60,568 nt of DNA from Pyrinomonadaceae bacterium (GTDB lineage: Bacteria; Acidobacteriota; Blastocatellia; Pyrinomonadales; Pyrinomonadaceae), in NCBI GenBank assembly GCA_051006135.1, contig JBPCIQ010000004.1, positions 1 through 60,568 of the forward strand, in the 5' to 3' direction. This document shows, piece by piece, positions 1-8,041 of the stretch (positions are counted from its first letter, which is position 1; each line of letters starts with the position of its first letter). The notes beneath the pieces are model-generated. The model saw nothing but the letters and a program-made list of their open reading frames with translations, was not told the origin of the DNA and made no database searches. The position numbers and the translations under genes are program-made.

Positions 1-349
1 TTAGACTTCTCGATGCGACCCAAGCGTGCCGGCTTGGGTGGTCGCAGGATCTCCCGGTTCTCGCGCAAGTTGCTTCCGTGCCTGCTCGGGGTCTGCGACC
101 GCGCGGGATACCAACGTCCCTTGCCCATGCGGTACGTTGGTTGTTGCCTTCCCCATTCCCCGACAGGGTCGGCATCCCGAACTAAACCCTTTTTCGCGGC
201 TCAATACCCGGCCGGCACTTTCCCCTGTCAACGCTTCGTCAGATCGATTACTCCATCCGACGCATGACTCGGGGCCGTTATGGTTGGCTAGTCCTTTAAC
301 GTATGACTCTTTCATTCACTACAACTTGCCGGTTTATCCCGGCGCTCCG
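1..349 (-). mobile_element. Group II intron, 5' portion (domain I onward), running off the left edge. The reverse-transcriptase ORF and domains V-VI are not in the window.
   Basis: The minus-strand RNA from about 347-349 reads GAGCGCCGGGAUAAACCGGCAAGUUGUAG, parallel to the 5' end of bacterial group II introns (GUGCGCCC-stem-AAGU). The 104-aa minus ORF 1..315 (GPESCVG..EALTGES.G..LSRE..AREPGD) resembles the spurious ORFs repeatedly annotated over group II intron domain I. The 5' boundary is approximate, and the first pentamer is GAGCG rather than GUGCG. Confidence 0.55.
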
Positions 350-403
350 GGGAGAGGGTCCGCCTTCCCGACCTGAGAGCTGACAACGGTTGGAGGTTGA
401 TTT

Positions 404-481
404 GCAATTGAGTAGTTTTCAAGCTGAGCGGGGACAGCCTTCCTTACCTGAAAGTAGGTGGTGTTGGACCTACTCAATTGC
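404..481. repeat. Perfect 12-bp inverted repeat GCAATTGAGTAG / CTACTCAATTGC with a 54-nt spacer
   Basis: Arms at 404-415 and 470-481 read directly from the sequence. An alternative nested hairpin is GTAGGT (454-459) / ACCTAC (468-473). Confidence 0.8.
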
Positions 482-554
482 GGGTACTTAACCTGGAGCA
501 ACAAGTAGACGGCTGTGTGAGCATTAAGAAACAGTCATTGCGAAGGCTGACCTC

Positions 555-1739
555 CTAACCATGTGCAGCGTAAAGTTCGCGCAGCTCTTTATCGTAGGGC
601 GACATCTCAACCAACTTGTTGATGACCCCGGGCAGGACTTTCAATGTGTACTCAATCTCGTCCTCAGTATTGAAACGGCCAAGCGAGAATCTGATTGACC
701 CTTGCGCGGCTGTGTAAGGAACATTCATGGCATGCAAGGTGGGGGAAGATTCGTGCGTAGTCGAATGGCAGGCTGAACCGGTGGAGACGCAGACGCCGGC
801 TTCGTTGAGGTGCACAAGGATGTTTTCCCCTTCGACGTATGCGAAGGAGATGTTTGACGTGTTTAGCAATCGCTTCTCTCGGTCCGGCGTTCCATTCAAA
901 CGCGCATTTGGAATCTTCGTGAGAATTTCATCCTCTAACCGATTGCGCAAACCCCTGATTGCTTCATGCCCGTCAGAGGTCCGAGCCAGTTCGCACGCTG
1001 AACCGAGGGCGACAATGTTTGGAACAGCGGATGTTCCGCCGCGGCGTCCACTCTCCTGACTGCCGCCGATAATAAATGACGCCAGTTTGACTCCACTTCT
1101 TATATAGAGCGCACCGATGCCCTGCGGCGCGTGCAGCTTGTGGCCAGACAAGGCAAACAAATCCACTTCCATATCTCGCAGGCTGATTGGAATCTTTCCC
1201 ACTGCCTGAACCCCATCGACGTGGAATACAGCATTGCAGCGTTCGCGAACTATCCTGCCGATCTGTTCAATCGGGAACAGCACTCCCGTTTCGTTATTTG
1301 CGAGCATTATTGAAACCAGGGCGGTGTCTTCGCGCAACGACTCACGCAGAGCGTCAAGATCTAGCTCGCCCAGGCTGTCTACTCCCAGCCAGGTGACTTC
1401 GTAACCCTGTTGCTCAAGTCGTGCGCAAAGATTCCTGACCGCCTCATGTTCTACCAGCGTGGTAACAATGTGCTTCTTGCCTGGGCTCTCTTCCAGCACG
1501 CCGCGAATCGCCCAGTTGTCGGATTCAGAGCCGCAGGAAGTGAAAGCAATCTCGCCCGTTTCCGCCGCGCCCAACAATTCGGCTACCTGTTCACGCGCGC
1601 GTTCGACAGCCGATTTCATTGTTTGACCCAGTGAGTGTGCGGAAGAGGGGTTACCGAAGTGCTCAGTCAAATAAGGCCGCATCGCTTCGATTACCTCGGG
1701 CGCGACGCGCGTGGTGGCGTTATTGTCCAGGTAGATCAT
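555..1739 (-). CDS. nifS: Cysteine desulfurase (class V aminotransferase, NifS/IscS type)
   Basis: MIYLDNNATT N-terminus, SGHKLHAPQGIGALY PLP-lysine motif and GSACHS active-site Cys loop. I place the start at the internal ATG 1739 (preceded by GAGGAAA) rather than ORF-track 1829, which would overlap the upstream gene. Confidence 0.9.
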   Translation of the reverse strand: MIYLDNNATTRVAPEVIEAMRPYLTEHFGNPSSAHSLGQTMKSAVERAREQVAELLGAAETGEIAFTSCGSESDNWAIRGVLEESPGKKHIVTTLVEHEAVRNLCARLEQQGYEVTWLGVDSLGELDLDALRESLREDTALVSIMLANNETGVLFPIEQIGRIVRERCNAVFHVDGVQAVGKIPISLRDMEVDLFALSGHKLHAPQGIGALYIRSGVKLASFIIGGSQESGRRGGTSAVPNIVALGSACELARTSDGHEAIRGLRNRLEDEILTKIPNARLNGTPDREKRLLNTSNISFAYVEGENILVHLNEAGVCVSTGSACHSTTHESSPTLHAMNVPYTAAQGSIRFSLGRFNTEDEIEYTLKVLPGVINKLVEMSPYDKELRELYAAHG

Positions 1740-1785
1740 TTTCCTCAGTGATGCACGCGGTTGGTCCATAGGAACAAGGAATGTT

Positions 1786-2397
1786 TCATGCCAACCGGAA
1801 GTTAGCGGGCGCGGGCAAAAGAAGATCACGCTCGCGCGAGTGTTGACTCAATATTTCTTCGATCAACGGGTAGCACGACCGGCATCCAGCGCCGGCGTTA
1901 CAGGTTTGGGTCACCTCCGCGATCGTGCGCAATCCTCTCGCGCTGATCTCTCGCTCAATAGTGCGCTCAGAGACCCCGAAGCAAGTACAGATGAGCGCCT
2001 CATCCCCCGGCCAATCTTCCCTTACTGCATCGCTATAGGCCTTGATGGCTGAGATTAGAGCTTCACACGCCAGGAAAGCACAGTGGGTTCGATCTGGGGA
2101 GCACTCGCCCAGCCTTTCGACAACTGAACTCTCCGGATGTTGCGCAAGGGCCGCGGCCTCTCCGGTGGTCTTCCCTTTGACTTGTTCGGTCAGCAAAGAG
2201 CTGGCGGCAACAAGATAACTACAACCTGAAGACCTAAACTTCGCATCGGTAATTCGCCGCGATTCTTCAATCGAGAGGGAAAACCGTAATGTGGCTCCGC
2301 ACCTGAGCGACCCCGCTTTGCCGACAAATTCTGCGCTGCCTACTGCTCCGACGTTTTTCGGATTGATAAAAAGCTGCTTGACCAGGTCCGAAGTCAT
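1786..2397 (-). CDS. NifU-like Fe-S scaffold: IscU-type N-domain plus a BFD-like [2Fe-2S] domain, with no C-terminal Nfu domain
   Basis: Three scaffold Cys contexts (LRCGATL, SSGCSYLVAASS, HCAFLACEAL) followed by CTCFGVSE...CNAGAGCRSC. Lies immediately upstream of nifS on the same strand. Confidence 0.8.
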   Translation of the reverse strand: MTSDLVKQLFINPKNVGAVGSAEFVGKAGSLRCGATLRFSLSIEESRRITDAKFRSSGCSYLVAASSLLTEQVKGKTTGEAAALAQHPESSVVERLGECSPDRTHCAFLACEALISAIKAYSDAVREDWPGDEALICTCFGVSERTIEREISARGLRTIAEVTQTCNAGAGCRSCYPLIEEILSQHSRERDLLLPAPANFRLA

Positions 2398-2446
2398 TAG
2401 GCGATCAGTAGCACATACTCCAGCGTGCGGGCTAGTCCTGCCACGA

Positions 2447-2570
2447 CTAGAAATGTAGTAGTGGGGTCAGTTTCGTCTGGAGTGTCCGACAAACTTTCAT
2501 TTGGTCGTGACTCAACGACAAGCTAAAAGCATGTCGGACATCAAGACCGACCCACTACTGGAAATGCTGG
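2447..2570. repeat. Nested imperfect palindrome, copy 1 of the GTCCGACAAACT double-hairpin element
   Basis: Outer arms AGTAGTGGGGTC (2457-2468) / GACCCACTACT (2549-2559). Inner arms TGTCCGACA (2483-2491) / TGTCGGACA (2532-2540). The core CGACAAACT..TTTGGTCG..CGACAAGCT..GCATGTCGG is related to 51744-51830. Confidence 0.65.
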
Positions 2571-2631
2571 AAGTTCGACATTCAGCATTGCGTGCGGCAT
2601 AATAATTCTTACTCAATTACTCATAAAAACT

Positions 2632-3714
2632 ATGCCACAAATAACTGAACAACTCGTACTCGATGCGCTGAGACAGATCCAAGATCCGGATCTACATAAA
2701 GACATCGTCACACTCGGATTCATCAAAGATCTGAAGATCACAGGCGCTGATGTCTCTTTCCGCATTGTGCTCACGACACCGGCATGCCCGGTGAAAGAGG
2801 AGATGGAAGGAGCGGCGAAGGACCTTGTTGGAGCAATCCCTGGCGTTCAATCGGTGAGCGTAAAGATGGATGCCGAGGTTCCTAAAGGCCGTGGCATCGG
2901 CGAGAAGATTTCTGTCGCGGGAGTGCGCAACATTATTGCGGTGTCGTCTGGCAAAGGTGGCGTTGGCAAATCGACGGTGGCCGTAAATGTTGCCGTGTCG
3001 CTGGCCTTGAACGGAGCGCGGGTGGGTCTGATGGATGCCGACGTGTATGGCCCGAACGTTCCCATCATGCTGGGAGCCAGCGAGGCCCGTCCCGAAGTGG
3101 ACGTGGACAAACTTATTCCGGTCGAGGCTTATGGCGTCCGAGTAATGTCGATGGCCTTCCTGCAGCCCGGCGACAAACCAATGATTGTGCGGGGCCCAAT
3201 CCTGCATGGTTTGGTGAAGCAGTTTCTGTCAGATGTGAAATGGGGCGAGTTGGATTACTTGATCGTAGACATGCCGCCCGGCACGGGTGATGTCCAGTTG
3301 TCGCTGGCCCAGCTTGTTCCGGTACAGGGTGCGGTGCTGGTCACGACGCCACAGGACGTGGCAATCGCGGACGTGCGCCGGGCCTTACGAATGTTTGAAA
3401 CCGTGGCGATACCGGTTCTCGGCGTGGTCGAGAACATGAGTTACTTCATCGCCCCTGACACAGGTAATCGCTACGACATTTTTGGCGAGGGTGGGGGTAA
3501 CAAGCTCGCCAAAGAGTATGGCGTGCCGTTCCTCGGCTCGATCCCCTTAGGCATTGGCGTGCGTGAAGGCGGCGATAAGGGCGTACCCATTGTCGTCAGT
3601 CAACCAGATTCACCCCAGGCTCTGGCTTTTAGACATGTGGCCGAGGAAGTCGCCCGGCAGGTGTCTATTGAGGCCATGAAGCCTGAACTTGTCGTTTTGA
3701 GCAAAGGGCAATAA
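2632..3714 (+). CDS. apbC: Mrp/ApbC/NBP35-family Fe-S cluster carrier ATPase with an N-terminal DUF59-like domain
   Basis: SGKGGVGKST deviant Walker A motif, DMPPGTGD motif and full-length family-like sequence. Confidence 0.9.
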   Translation: MPQITEQLVLDALRQIQDPDLHKDIVTLGFIKDLKITGADVSFRIVLTTPACPVKEEMEGAAKDLVGAIPGVQSVSVKMDAEVPKGRGIGEKISVAGVRNIIAVSSGKGGVGKSTVAVNVAVSLALNGARVGLMDADVYGPNVPIMLGASEARPEVDVDKLIPVEAYGVRVMSMAFLQPGDKPMIVRGPILHGLVKQFLSDVKWGELDYLIVDMPPGTGDVQLSLAQLVPVQGAVLVTTPQDVAIADVRRALRMFETVAIPVLGVVENMSYFIAPDTGNRYDIFGEGGGNKLAKEYGVPFLGSIPLGIGVREGGDKGVPIVVSQPDSPQALAFRHVAEEVARQVSIEAMKPELVVLSKGQ

Positions 3715-3840
3715 GATAGTTGTTGGTTTTTGGCCCTGGGAATTGGCAGGCTGGTTCAAACTTCCAATCGGGACCAAGGCCCATTGAAAAGCTCTTTTTA
3801 ATAAAATTGACGTTTACCTGATTACCAAGGAGTTAAGCTA

Positions 3841-4227
3841 ATGTCTGCAAATACTGCCACCACCACACCCGGCGCCACTCCGATGGCCCCATCCGTGACC
3901 CTCGACGTAACCGAGGCTGCCGCTGGCGAGATTAAGAAGTTTATGGCGAGTGAAGAGGGTCTGCCTGAAGCCTCGGGTCTCCGTGTTCGCGTTGTACCCG
4001 GCGGTTGCTCGGGATTTCAATACAGCCTGAATATCGAAGAAGAATCACGACAGGGCGACTTCATTCTCAATGAGCATGGCGTGCGGCTCTTCGTCGACAT
4101 GTTCAGCGCCCAGTATCTAAACGGCGTGAGGATCGACTACGTGAGCGGAGTTATGGGCTCAGGTTTCACGTTCACGAATCCCAACGCAACGGGAAGCTGT
4201 GGTTGCGGCACTTCCTTTACAGCGTAA
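3841..4227 (+). CDS. erpA: A-type Fe-S carrier (HesB/IscA/ErpA family)
   Basis: GGCSGFQY motif and C-terminal GSCGCGTSF motif. AAGGAG RBS upstream. Confidence 0.85.
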   Translation: MSANTATTTPGATPMAPSVTLDVTEAAAGEIKKFMASEEGLPEASGLRVRVVPGGCSGFQYSLNIEEESRQGDFILNEHGVRLFVDMFSAQYLNGVRIDYVSGVMGSGFTFTNPNATGSCGCGTSFTA

Positions 4228-4393
4228 AGAGATTAAATGTGAAGGACAGGGCGAGTCTCTGTCCTAAAAAGACAACCGCGCTGATTGAGTGCGAGGCTGG
4301 GTAGTCTGTCAGAGACACCCGGCCTTCTTTCGTAGGTTTTTGCTTTTACGGGCACCCTGGCTTCCCTGATAGAGTTAATCTTCCAGCTTAAAG

Positions 4394-4861
4394 ATGCAAA
4401 TGATTCAGGCCACGTCTCCGGCAGACATTCAGCGCGCGCGCGAATTGTTTGAGGAGTACGCTGCCTGGCTGGGACTAAATCTTTGCTTCCAGAATTTTGA
4501 CAAAGAACTTGCGGAGCTACCTGGCGAGTATGTTCCGCCAGCAGGCCGTCTGCTCCTTGCTGTCGAAGATAACCAGGTCGCTGGTTGCGTGGCCCTGCGA
4601 AGCATTGGCGAAGGAAGCTGCGAAATGAAACGGCTTTACGTGCGGCCAAACTTTCGCGGGCGAGGTTTGGGGCGGGACCTTGCGGAATCAATGCTCAGCG
4701 CGGCACGGGAAATTGGTTACGAGCGGATGCGCCTCGATACACTTCCTGGCAAGATGGGGCTGGCACTTGCAATGTATCGATCGCTGGGTTTTCGCGGAAT
4801 AGACCCTTATTACCTTAACCCTGTTGCAGGCGCGATGTTCATGGAATTGGCGCTCACTTGA
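4394..4861 (+). CDS. GNAT-family N-acetyltransferase
   Basis: RLYVRPNFRGRGLGRDL acetyl-CoA binding motif. 155 aa. Confidence 0.8.
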   Translation: MQMIQATSPADIQRARELFEEYAAWLGLNLCFQNFDKELAELPGEYVPPAGRLLLAVEDNQVAGCVALRSIGEGSCEMKRLYVRPNFRGRGLGRDLAESMLSAAREIGYERMRLDTLPGKMGLALAMYRSLGFRGIDPYYLNPVAGAMFMELALT

Positions 4862-4951
4862 AGTACGCTTCCCTGTCCACCCACTTGCTCAACCAATCTG
4901 CTTGTGCCAAATTCTATGCTAGCAACGGAAATCTTTCTGGAGTCGTAACTA

Positions 4952-5287
4952 ATGCCAAAGATTGACGCAGATACCGCTACTGGCCCCCAAGCCTTCGACG
5001 CCCCACAGGGTAAAAAGCTCGTGCTTGCCATTGAAGATGCGGGAATCGACATCCTTCATCGCTGTGGCGGCAATGCGCGCTGCACAACCTGCCGGGTCGA
5101 GATTCTTTCAGGAGATCCGGGTGAGATGGGTGAACTTGAGCGCAACCGCCTGGCGGTGGAAGCTGACCTTGCCGATAACGTGCGCCTCTCCTGTCAGATT
5201 CACGTCAATGACGACCTAAAAATCCGCGTTGTCAATCAAGCCAGCGTTAGGGGAATGGATGCTGGCCCGCGTCCTTTGGACGAATAA
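4952..5287 (+). CDS. 2Fe-2S ferredoxin-like protein
   Basis: CGGNARCTTCRV plus distal RLSCQ cysteine pattern. Confidence 0.7.
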   Translation: MPKIDADTATGPQAFDAPQGKKLVLAIEDAGIDILHRCGGNARCTTCRVEILSGDPGEMGELERNRLAVEADLADNVRLSCQIHVNDDLKIRVVNQASVRGMDAGPRPLDE

Positions 5288-5391
5288 CCTGTTACCCATT
5301 TAAGTAACAGGCGGGGCTATCGAAACGGATCAGCTCATTGCGTCCCGGGATAGTCTGGGTGTAATCTGCGCGCGTAATTCAAACAAATTAA

Positions 5392-6243
5392 GTGAACATG
5401 ACAGACAAGAAGTCTGTCTTGCTGACACCCGGAGGGCCTATGCTAATTGAGTCAACTGTTCATCTCCCCATCAGTCTGGCTATGTTTCAAGATATATTTC
5501 ACGCCCCAAACAGCGAGGCATTTCTGAGGATTTTGCTTCGCTGGGTCCACTTTGTTGCTGGTATCCTCTGGATCGGGCTGCTTTATTTTTTTAATCTCGT
5601 CAATGTTCCTTTCCAAAAGGCGCTTGATCCGGACACCAAGAAAAAGGTGAATCCGGACCTCCTCTCTCGCGCCCTTTGGTACTTCCGTTGGGGGGCGGTG
5701 GTTACGGTGTTGGCGGGCCTGGCTTACTTCGCGATGTATACACTTAAAGGAGACGTGAATAACGCAAATGCGATTGGCGGAGGGGATATCAACCTCTGGT
5801 GGGTGTTGTTTGCGTGGCTAACCTATCCAATTGTTCTGTTCGTCGTGGAATTCCTGATTATTAAGAAGGTACCTGCGCTGACGAAGGATGGACGGCTCTT
5901 TGCGGTGGTCATGTTCATTTTGGTCGCGATAATTACCTGGGGGCTCGTTAAGTTCTTCGCCGGCATGCTTACTGTCGGCGGTGAAAGCTGGGCCAGCAAT
6001 AAGACCTATTCGATCGGTGTTGGTGGGGCCTATGGCATCTTAATGATGCTGAATGTCTGGGGTATTATCTGGCCGAACAACAAAAGGGTCATTGCGGCGA
6101 CCGCCGGCACCGGGCCGGCCGCGCCGCCCGAATTGGCTCGCCAGGCTTTTCTTGCCTCGAGAACAAACGCCTGGCTATCCCTGCCGCTCCTTCTATTTAT
6201 GGGAACGGCGCATGGTGATTGGGTAATCTTCGGGAAGAACTGA
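5392..6243 (+). CDS. Polytopic membrane protein of unknown function, resembling the N-terminal region of PuuD/COG3748-type membrane proteins
   Basis: Six or more hydrophobic helices, with LLRWVHFVAGILWIGLLYFFN reminiscent of that family. The function is not established. The start could be ATG 5398. Confidence 0.55.
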   Translation: MNMTDKKSVLLTPGGPMLIESTVHLPISLAMFQDIFHAPNSEAFLRILLRWVHFVAGILWIGLLYFFNLVNVPFQKALDPDTKKKVNPDLLSRALWYFRWGAVVTVLAGLAYFAMYTLKGDVNNANAIGGGDINLWWVLFAWLTYPIVLFVVEFLIIKKVPALTKDGRLFAVVMFILVAIITWGLVKFFAGMLTVGGESWASNKTYSIGVGGAYGILMMLNVWGIIWPNNKRVIAATAGTGPAAPPELARQAFLASRTNAWLSLPLLLFMGTAHGDWVIFGKN

Positions 6244-6250
6244 CAGCCGT

Positions 6251-6336
6251 AGGAAATAGGAGGCAGAAGCAGGAGGCAGTAGGCAGGAAATCAACCCGTG
6301 TTGTCCTGACTACTGGCGTCTGCTCCTGCTGCCTCG
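6251..6336. repeat. Heptamer-array hairpin (unit AGGAGGC / complement GCCTCCT-like)
   Basis: Left array AGGAAAT AGGAGGC AGAAGC AGGAGGC AGTAGGC AGGAAAT (6251-6291). Right array TCCTGAC TACTGGC GTCTGC TCCTGC TGCCTCG (6304-6336) is its imperfect reverse complement. Starts 8 nt after the stop at 6243. Confidence 0.75.
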
Positions 6337-6484
6337 TCTTCGTAACACACTAAATCCGCAACCTTTCAACGCATTCGCCACACTAAAGCGCAATAGTCAG
6401 GGTCGGTAGCACGGCAGCTTAGGCAGCCGAGAGCTTTTAACGGCGAAAGGTTTTTGAACGATCGTCAGGAGGTGGGATTAGACC

Positions 6485-7129
6485 ATGAATTCTTACAAGG
6501 CCAGGCAGTTCAATCTAAGCGGTTTGCAGGGGATTTCGGACAAGACACTCGAGATGCACTTCAAACTTTATGAGGGCTACGTCAAAGAGACCAACAACTT
6601 GAACGACAAGATTTCAGAGTTCATTAAGGATGCCAAAGTAGATCAGGAAGAGATGCCTGCCTACTCCGAACTCACGCGCCGACTCGGTTTCGAATATAAC
6701 GGCATGGTGTTGCACGAGTATTATTTTGAGAATCTCAGGAAAGGTGTTGGCACGGGCGATCCAGACCGCACGTCTCAATTCGGGAAAGCGGCTGAAACGA
6801 GTTTCGGCAGCTACGAGATCTGGAAAGCCGACTTCGTGGGGATTGGCAAGATGCGAGGTGTTGGCTGGGCCATCTGTTACGAGAACCCTGCAAATAAACG
6901 GCTCTCAAATCACTGGATCTCGCTGCACGAGACCGGCAATATAGCCGGTTTCATTCCTATACTAGTGATGGATGTTTGGGAGCACGCCTATCTGCTCGAC
7001 TTCAAGCCGGCCGAGCGTCCGAAATATATAGAAGCTTTCTTCGCCAATGTTGACTGGAATGCAGTAGAGGGCCGTTTAAAGGGAGATGCTGCTGTAAGAA
7101 GTTCGGGCGGGTCGGCGAGGGCGACCTAA
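6485..7129 (+). CDS. Fe/Mn-family superoxide dismutase (divergent N-terminus)
   Basis: DVWEHAYLLDF C-terminal metal-ligand motif, plus N-terminal His (MHFKLYEGY) and LHEYYF. Confidence 0.75.
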   Translation: MNSYKARQFNLSGLQGISDKTLEMHFKLYEGYVKETNNLNDKISEFIKDAKVDQEEMPAYSELTRRLGFEYNGMVLHEYYFENLRKGVGTGDPDRTSQFGKAAETSFGSYEIWKADFVGIGKMRGVGWAICYENPANKRLSNHWISLHETGNIAGFIPILVMDVWEHAYLLDFKPAERPKYIEAFFANVDWNAVEGRLKGDAAVRSSGGSARAT

Positions 7130-7876
7130 TCGAGAAGATATTTTAAAAGTTCTCGCGCCGATGCAATGCCGACGCCACGAGGATCCTGCAATTCACCAGT
7201 GCCTATGATAGAGCGGCGGTGGTCTGACATTTGTTCCTGACGCAGACGCCGCCGCTCTTCCACAATTTCTGCCTTTTCTTTCTCGCGCGAAGTTGCGAGC
7301 CCGCCAGCGCTTATGAATTCAAACGATGCGGCTGAGTTCCTCGCGGTCGAACCAGGTTCCGTGGCCTTTGCAAACATCGACAATCACACTAGAGCAACGA
7401 GCAAAATTGACGCGGTTCATCAACTGTTTGCATTCTGGACAAGGCGCATAACTAACTTTGCTTTTCTGTAAAGCCCCACTCGCAGGTGCAGGCGAAGCGG
7501 TTCCGAGTACTGCTGCTTGCTCTTCCCGGTCGGCACAAATCTTTTCAAACGAAGCGACATCAACCCAGAGACCGATGCAACGTTCGCACTCTCGAACCGT
7601 TGTCGAGCCGATTGCGATAGCTTGCATGTCGATACGGCAGCGTGGACAACTTCGTGGTGATAAATTTCCACCTACTCGGGCCGCAGCTGCAGCGCCACAC
7701 CGAGGGCAATGCCTGCTCCCTATGAACATCATGCCAAAACATGAAGCGCAGGCGATCGTTGCAAGCCGCGAGCCGCAATAATTGCAGAGCGGCTCATCTG
7801 TTGATGTTGCTGCGCCGCACATCGGACAGTTAAGTGTTTCCGCATTCATTAGCCGCATTCTAACAGTTGAGGTCAA
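7126..7876 (-). pseudogene. Zinc-ribbon (zf-TFIIB-like, repeated CxxC...CxxC) protein that appears split by a 1-nt frameshift near 7321-7323. It could instead be two overlapping genes or a sequencing error.
   Basis: ORF 7319..7876 ends ...WFDREELSRIV*. ORF 7126..7383 in the adjacent frame continues FEFISAGGLATSREKEKAEIVEERRRL. Removing one base of the AAA run (plus 7321-7323) joins them as ...LSRIVEFISAGGL. Confidence 0.5.
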
Positions 7877-8041
7877 ACAGACCTATGATTGGCGCTTATG
7901 CGATTCTTGCCGCGTTCTCAAGTCTTGTGCTAATAAATCTTCTTGATAACATCTCGATGTCGTCGGGCACATTCCGCGCAAACCCGCATCTACGAGCATG
8001 TGATAAAAGAGAACTGATTCAGCGAAAAGGATACCTATAAA

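Noticed and set aside
1-376. ORFs 1..315(-), 13..267(+) and 26..376(+) as protein-coding genes
   Set aside because: They overlap each other across what looks like structured group II intron RNA. The minus ORF matches the pattern of spurious ORFs over intron domain I. No RBS or family support.
2692-3207. 171-aa antisense ORF inside mrp/apbC. The same applies to 42294..42899(-), 33766..34587(+), 51174..51722(-), 27188..27718(-), 32049..32621(-), 29350..29928(-), 56543..57055(-) and 59655..60137(-).
   Set aside because: These are shadow ORFs opposite strongly supported genes. Their composition is Arg/Ser/Pro-rich and typical of antisense frames in GC-moderate DNA, and no motifs were recognised.
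4243-4270. Hairpin AGGACAG-N9-CTGTCCT after erpA as an intrinsic terminator
   Set aside because: It is followed by an A-run rather than a T-run on the erpA strand, and on the opposite strand the T-run precedes the stem. It is not a canonical terminator in either direction.
4233-4691. 152-aa minus ORF overlapping the erpA-GNAT spacer and the GNAT gene
   Set aside because: It is antisense to a well-supported GNAT CDS, and no motif was recognised.
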